From positions 113,336,001 through 113,400,000 of the forward strand of contig JANJGN010000011.1 in assembly GCA_026770705.1 (NCBI GenBank): 64,000 bases of DNA. Direction: 5' to 3'. The translations under genes and the position numbers were made by a program. The number at the start of each line of letters is the position of its first letter. The first letter of the stretch is position 1. The DNA comes from Isurus oxyrinchus. Its lineage: Eukaryota. Below are positions 63,336 through 64,000 of this stretch, piece by piece. The notes beneath the pieces were generated by a model. It was not told the DNA's origin, ran no database searches, and saw only the letters and a list, made by a program, of their open reading frames with translations.

Positions 63336-64000
63336 AAATCAACATTTGCTTTGCTGGAATAAATGGGCATTGGTGATAAATTCAGAGAACAGATCAAAAT
63401 CCCCTACTCTACCACTCTCAAGAAGTAATAGCTATTTTATCTCTGCCTCATTTCTTCATAGATTATCCAGTCAAGGATATATGCTGAAACAGTTATAAGA
63501 GCAACCCCACTGTATACAGACTGGGAAGTGGAGTTGACGTGATCAATCACCTGACACAGATGATAATTTGTGTCACTAACCTACCTCTAGTATTTTTCTG
63601 TCCAGCTCAAGATCATGAAAAAGAAGGGCATAGGTCTTACCAGGACACACTGAAAGTCAAGAAAGGCAATCACTTTGTAAGGATCGAAGTCAGTTTTTTC
63701 AAAAGAAAGGAGGTGCTTGTGTGAGAAGCAGCCAGAAAATCTTTTCTTTTGGGACTTATGTTGTTTTAAAATTTTGTATATTTAGTTATGTTGTATCTGA
63801 AGGGGAGGAGTCCTTCAAAGGAGGCGGAGTCTGCTCATTAAGTTTAGTAATTGGAACTAGGTTTCTCTACACAGTGACCAATCATGCAAGCACAATGTTT
63901 AGTTTTAGTTTCAGAGCATGATGTGTTATATATCCTAGCATAATGCTATAGTTTGGGGAAAAAATCACAAAGTACAGCTCATGCTAACAGGAAATAAGAT

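Noticed and set aside
60300-64000. TNFSF13B (BAFF) exon 1, expected downstream from mammalian synteny
   Set aside because: No recognisable type II transmembrane or TNF-domain coding sequence; it may lie beyond the window.

Overview
Vertebrate genomic DNA, most likely an elasmobranch (shark), inferred from the repeat families present. It holds the head-to-head gene pair LIG4 (- strand, CDS 18784-21522 in one exon) and ABHD13 (+ strand, CDS 56977-57987 in one exon), which share a CpG-island bidirectional promoter at about 25780-26350. Most of the rest, especially the roughly 31-kb ABHD13 intron, is decayed transposable elements: two CR1-clade LINE families, two Ty3/Gypsy elements with short LTRs and 5-bp TSDs, Neptune-type Penelope-like elements (PLEs), RTE and L2 fragments, tRNA-derived SINEs and MITE-like repeats. 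The main non-obvious signal is a dispersed family of about a dozen short PLE-terminal repeats carrying a complete or decayed minimal hammerhead-ribozyme motif (CTGAnGA-stem-GAAAC-GTY). Several have their own 11-15 bp target duplications or fold-back structure, and one sits in the probable LIG4 3' UTR. TE boundaries were read by eye and are approximate; no database search was run.
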